64,000 nucleotides of DNA from Oscillospiraceae bacterium (GTDB lineage Bacteria; Bacteroidota; Bacteroidia; Bacteroidales; WCHB1-69): NCBI GenBank assembly GCA_963620035.1, contig CAVEXN010000001.1, positions 54,792-118,791 on the forward strand, in the 5' to 3' direction. This document shows positions 62,499 to 64,000 of this stretch, in pieces (the first letter of the stretch is position 1; each line of letters opens with the position of its first letter). The notes below the pieces were generated by a model. The model searched no databases, was not told the origin of the DNA, and was given only the letters and a program-made list of their open reading frames with translations. The translations under genes were made by a program, and so were the position numbers.

Positions 62499-64000
62499 TT
62501 ATGCCGGATTTTCTTTCTGATTGTCAATGGCTTCAAAAACGGAATTGTTGCTCTTGTATTCCGGCACGATTTTCTTCATCTGCGTCACGACGGAAAAGGC
62601 GTCTTCATTGCGCATGACGATGAGCTTTTCGATTTCCGGAACCAGCACCTGATATTCGTAGGTGCGCACTTTTGCGATTTTGACTTTGTTGTTGTTTGTC
62701 TTCACGGTGTTCTCTTCGTCAGCCAGCAACTCTTCGTACAGTTTCTCGCCGGGACGGAGTCCGGTATAGCGTATGGAGATGTCTTTGTCGAGGGTAAGAC
62801 CGGACAATTGGATCATTTTCTTGGCCAAGTCGCTGATTTTGATGGATTTTCCCATGTCAAAGATAAATATTTCGCCTCCGTTGCCCATGGCTCCGGCCAT
62901 AATCACCAGTTGGCACGCCTCCGAGATGGTCATAAAATAGCGTGTGATGTCGGGGTGTGTCACGGTGACGGGACCGCCGTTTTCAATCTGTTTCCTGAAG
63001 ATCGGAATTACTGAACCGTTAGAGTCAAGCACATTTCCGAAACGGGTTGTGATGAACTTGGTAGTCTTTTGGTGAAAATTCAAGGCTTGAACATACATTT
63101 CGGCAATGCGCTTGGAAGCGCCCATCACGTTGGTGGGGTTCACGGCCTTGTCGGTGGATACCATCACGAATTTTTTTGCCCCGTATTTTACGGAGAGGTC
63201 GGCCAGCAGTTTGGTGCCGCCCACATTGACCTTGATGGCGGAACGCACATTTTTCTCCATCATCGGCACGTGTTTGTACGCCGCCGCATGATAGACAATG
63301 TTGGGTTTGTATTTGGCAAACAGTTTCTCGGTCTGTCCGGCATCGCAGATGTCTTGCACATAGAGACGGATGTTCTTCATCCCGTTTGCTTGCTGCAGTT
63401 CTCCTTGCAGGAAAAAGCAAGGGGTTTCGGCTTCATCTACAAGCACCAGCTGCCGGTAGTTGAACTGCAGCAGTTGCCGCACGATTTCGCTGCCTATGGA
63501 GCCGGCCGCGCCTGTAATCATAATGGTCTGGCCGTTCAATTCGGAGTTGAGCAGCGACAAGTCAAGTTGTATCGGACTTCTTTTCAGGAGGTCTTCAATT
63601 TTCACCTTCTTGATCTGTTTGAAACTGAGGTTGCCGTTCAGCCATCGTGACACGGGCGGAACCTTGAGCACTTTCACGTTGTGGGGCAACGCCGTTTCTG
63701 TAATCTCATTAACCTTGGCATTGGTGATTTTCTGCACGGCAATGATGAGGAATGATATGTTGTTTAGGCTCAGGTATTCGTCCAGGGAACGGTAGTCCAA
63801 CACAGGGAGGCTTTCAAGTTGCATGCCTATTTTGGACGGATTCTCGTCAAAGAACGCCGTGACGTTGTATTTGCTGGCATTGTCACGGTCAATCGTGCGT
63901 TTTGTGGTGACGCCGGACTCTCCAGCACCGAAGATGACGATGTTTTTGCGCGATTTTGACGGGTTCATAGTCTCAAGATAGTACATCTTGAAAGCGAAAC
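62499..64000 (-). CDS. polysaccharide biosynthesis protein CapD/WbpM/PglF type (UDP-GlcNAc 4,6-dehydratase); the N-terminus lies outside the window
   Basis: Two Rossmann segments (IVIFGAGESG, IMITGAAGSIGSE) and YGASKRIAE (YxxxK) are present. The frame stays open to the window edge, so the usual N-terminal TM region is probably upstream. Confidence 0.8.
   Translation of the reverse strand, partial: FAFKMYYLETMNPSKSRKNIVIFGAGESGVTTKRTIDRDNASKYNVTAFFDENPSKIGMQLESLPVLDYRSLDEYLSLNNISFLIIAVQKITNAKVNEITETALPHNVKVLKVPPVSRWLNGNLSFKQIKKVKIEDLLKRSPIQLDLSLLNSELNGQTIMITGAAGSIGSEIVRQLLQFNYRQLVLVDEAETPCFFLQGELQQANGMKNIRLYVQDICDAGQTEKLFAKYKPNIVYHAAAYKHVPMMEKNVRSAIKVNVGGTKLLADLSVKYGAKKFVMVSTDKAVNPTNVMGASKRIAEMYVQALNFHQKTTKFITTRFGNVLDSNGSVIPIFRKQIENGGPVTVTHPDITRYFMTISEACQLVIMAGAMGNGGEIFIFDMGKSIKISDLAKKMIQLSGLTLDKDISIRYTGLRPGEKLYEELLADEENTVKTNNNKVKIAKVRTYEYQVLVPEIEKLIVMRNEDAFSVVTQMKKIVPEYKSNNSVFEAIDNQKENPA

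Noticed and set aside
1-64000. I searched for mobile-element genes (integrase, transposase, IS inverted repeats, phage or conjugation genes) that could explain the R-M cassette and the tRNA-Trp islet.
   Set aside because: None of the ORFs of 60 aa or longer shows DDE transposase, tyrosine or serine recombinase, or relaxase motifs. No terminal inverted repeats were seen flanking either region.

Overview
This is a 64-kb chromosomal segment that looks like a Bacteroidota (Bacteroidales-type) genome. The taxonomic evidence is TAnnTTTG -7 promoter boxes ahead of most transcription units, a 286-aa primary sigma factor, a GldD-like lipoprotein, a T9SS C-terminal-domain cargo protein and an S46 dipeptidyl-peptidase. 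I call 58 protein-coding genes (two cut by the window edges), 4 tRNAs (Glu-CUC, Cys-GCA, Thr-GGU, Trp-CCA), a set of -7 promoter boxes and several intrinsic terminators. Many starts in the ORF track were moved downstream to the ATG that follows the promoter box. Most content is housekeeping: purM, nfo, trxA, purA, pyrBI, lspA, rpoD, rplU-rpmA, nrdJ, mltG, hydG, holA, secA, ribH, fmt, hup, tuf, mutS, gmk, lon and rpmE2, plus envelope-polysaccharide genes. I found no CRISPR array, transposase or integrase. Five regions deserve a second look. (1) A 181-aa FtsZ/tubulin-like protein with only the GTPase domain sits just 3' of tRNA-Trp, where secE-nusG would normally follow tuf. It is convergent with a signal-less beta-rich protein that has a C-terminal membrane hairpin. 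This is my best candidate for something undescribed. (2) A two-cysteine DsrC is paired with a NarI/DsrM-like membrane protein, with no DsrAB or DsrK nearby. (3) A compact type II restriction-modification cassette (C5-methyltransferase plus PD-(D/E)xK nuclease) lies between holA and a CoA-disulfide reductase. It is flanked by a 40-bp tandem repeat on one side and a GC-rich stop-poor spacer on the other. (4) A CCG-domain Fe-S protein sits directly downstream of the class II ribonucleotide reductase. (5) A 1008-aa secreted protein looks like two fused PmbA/TldD-like modules without a metal-binding motif. All family assignments come from motif reading by eye; no database search was possible.
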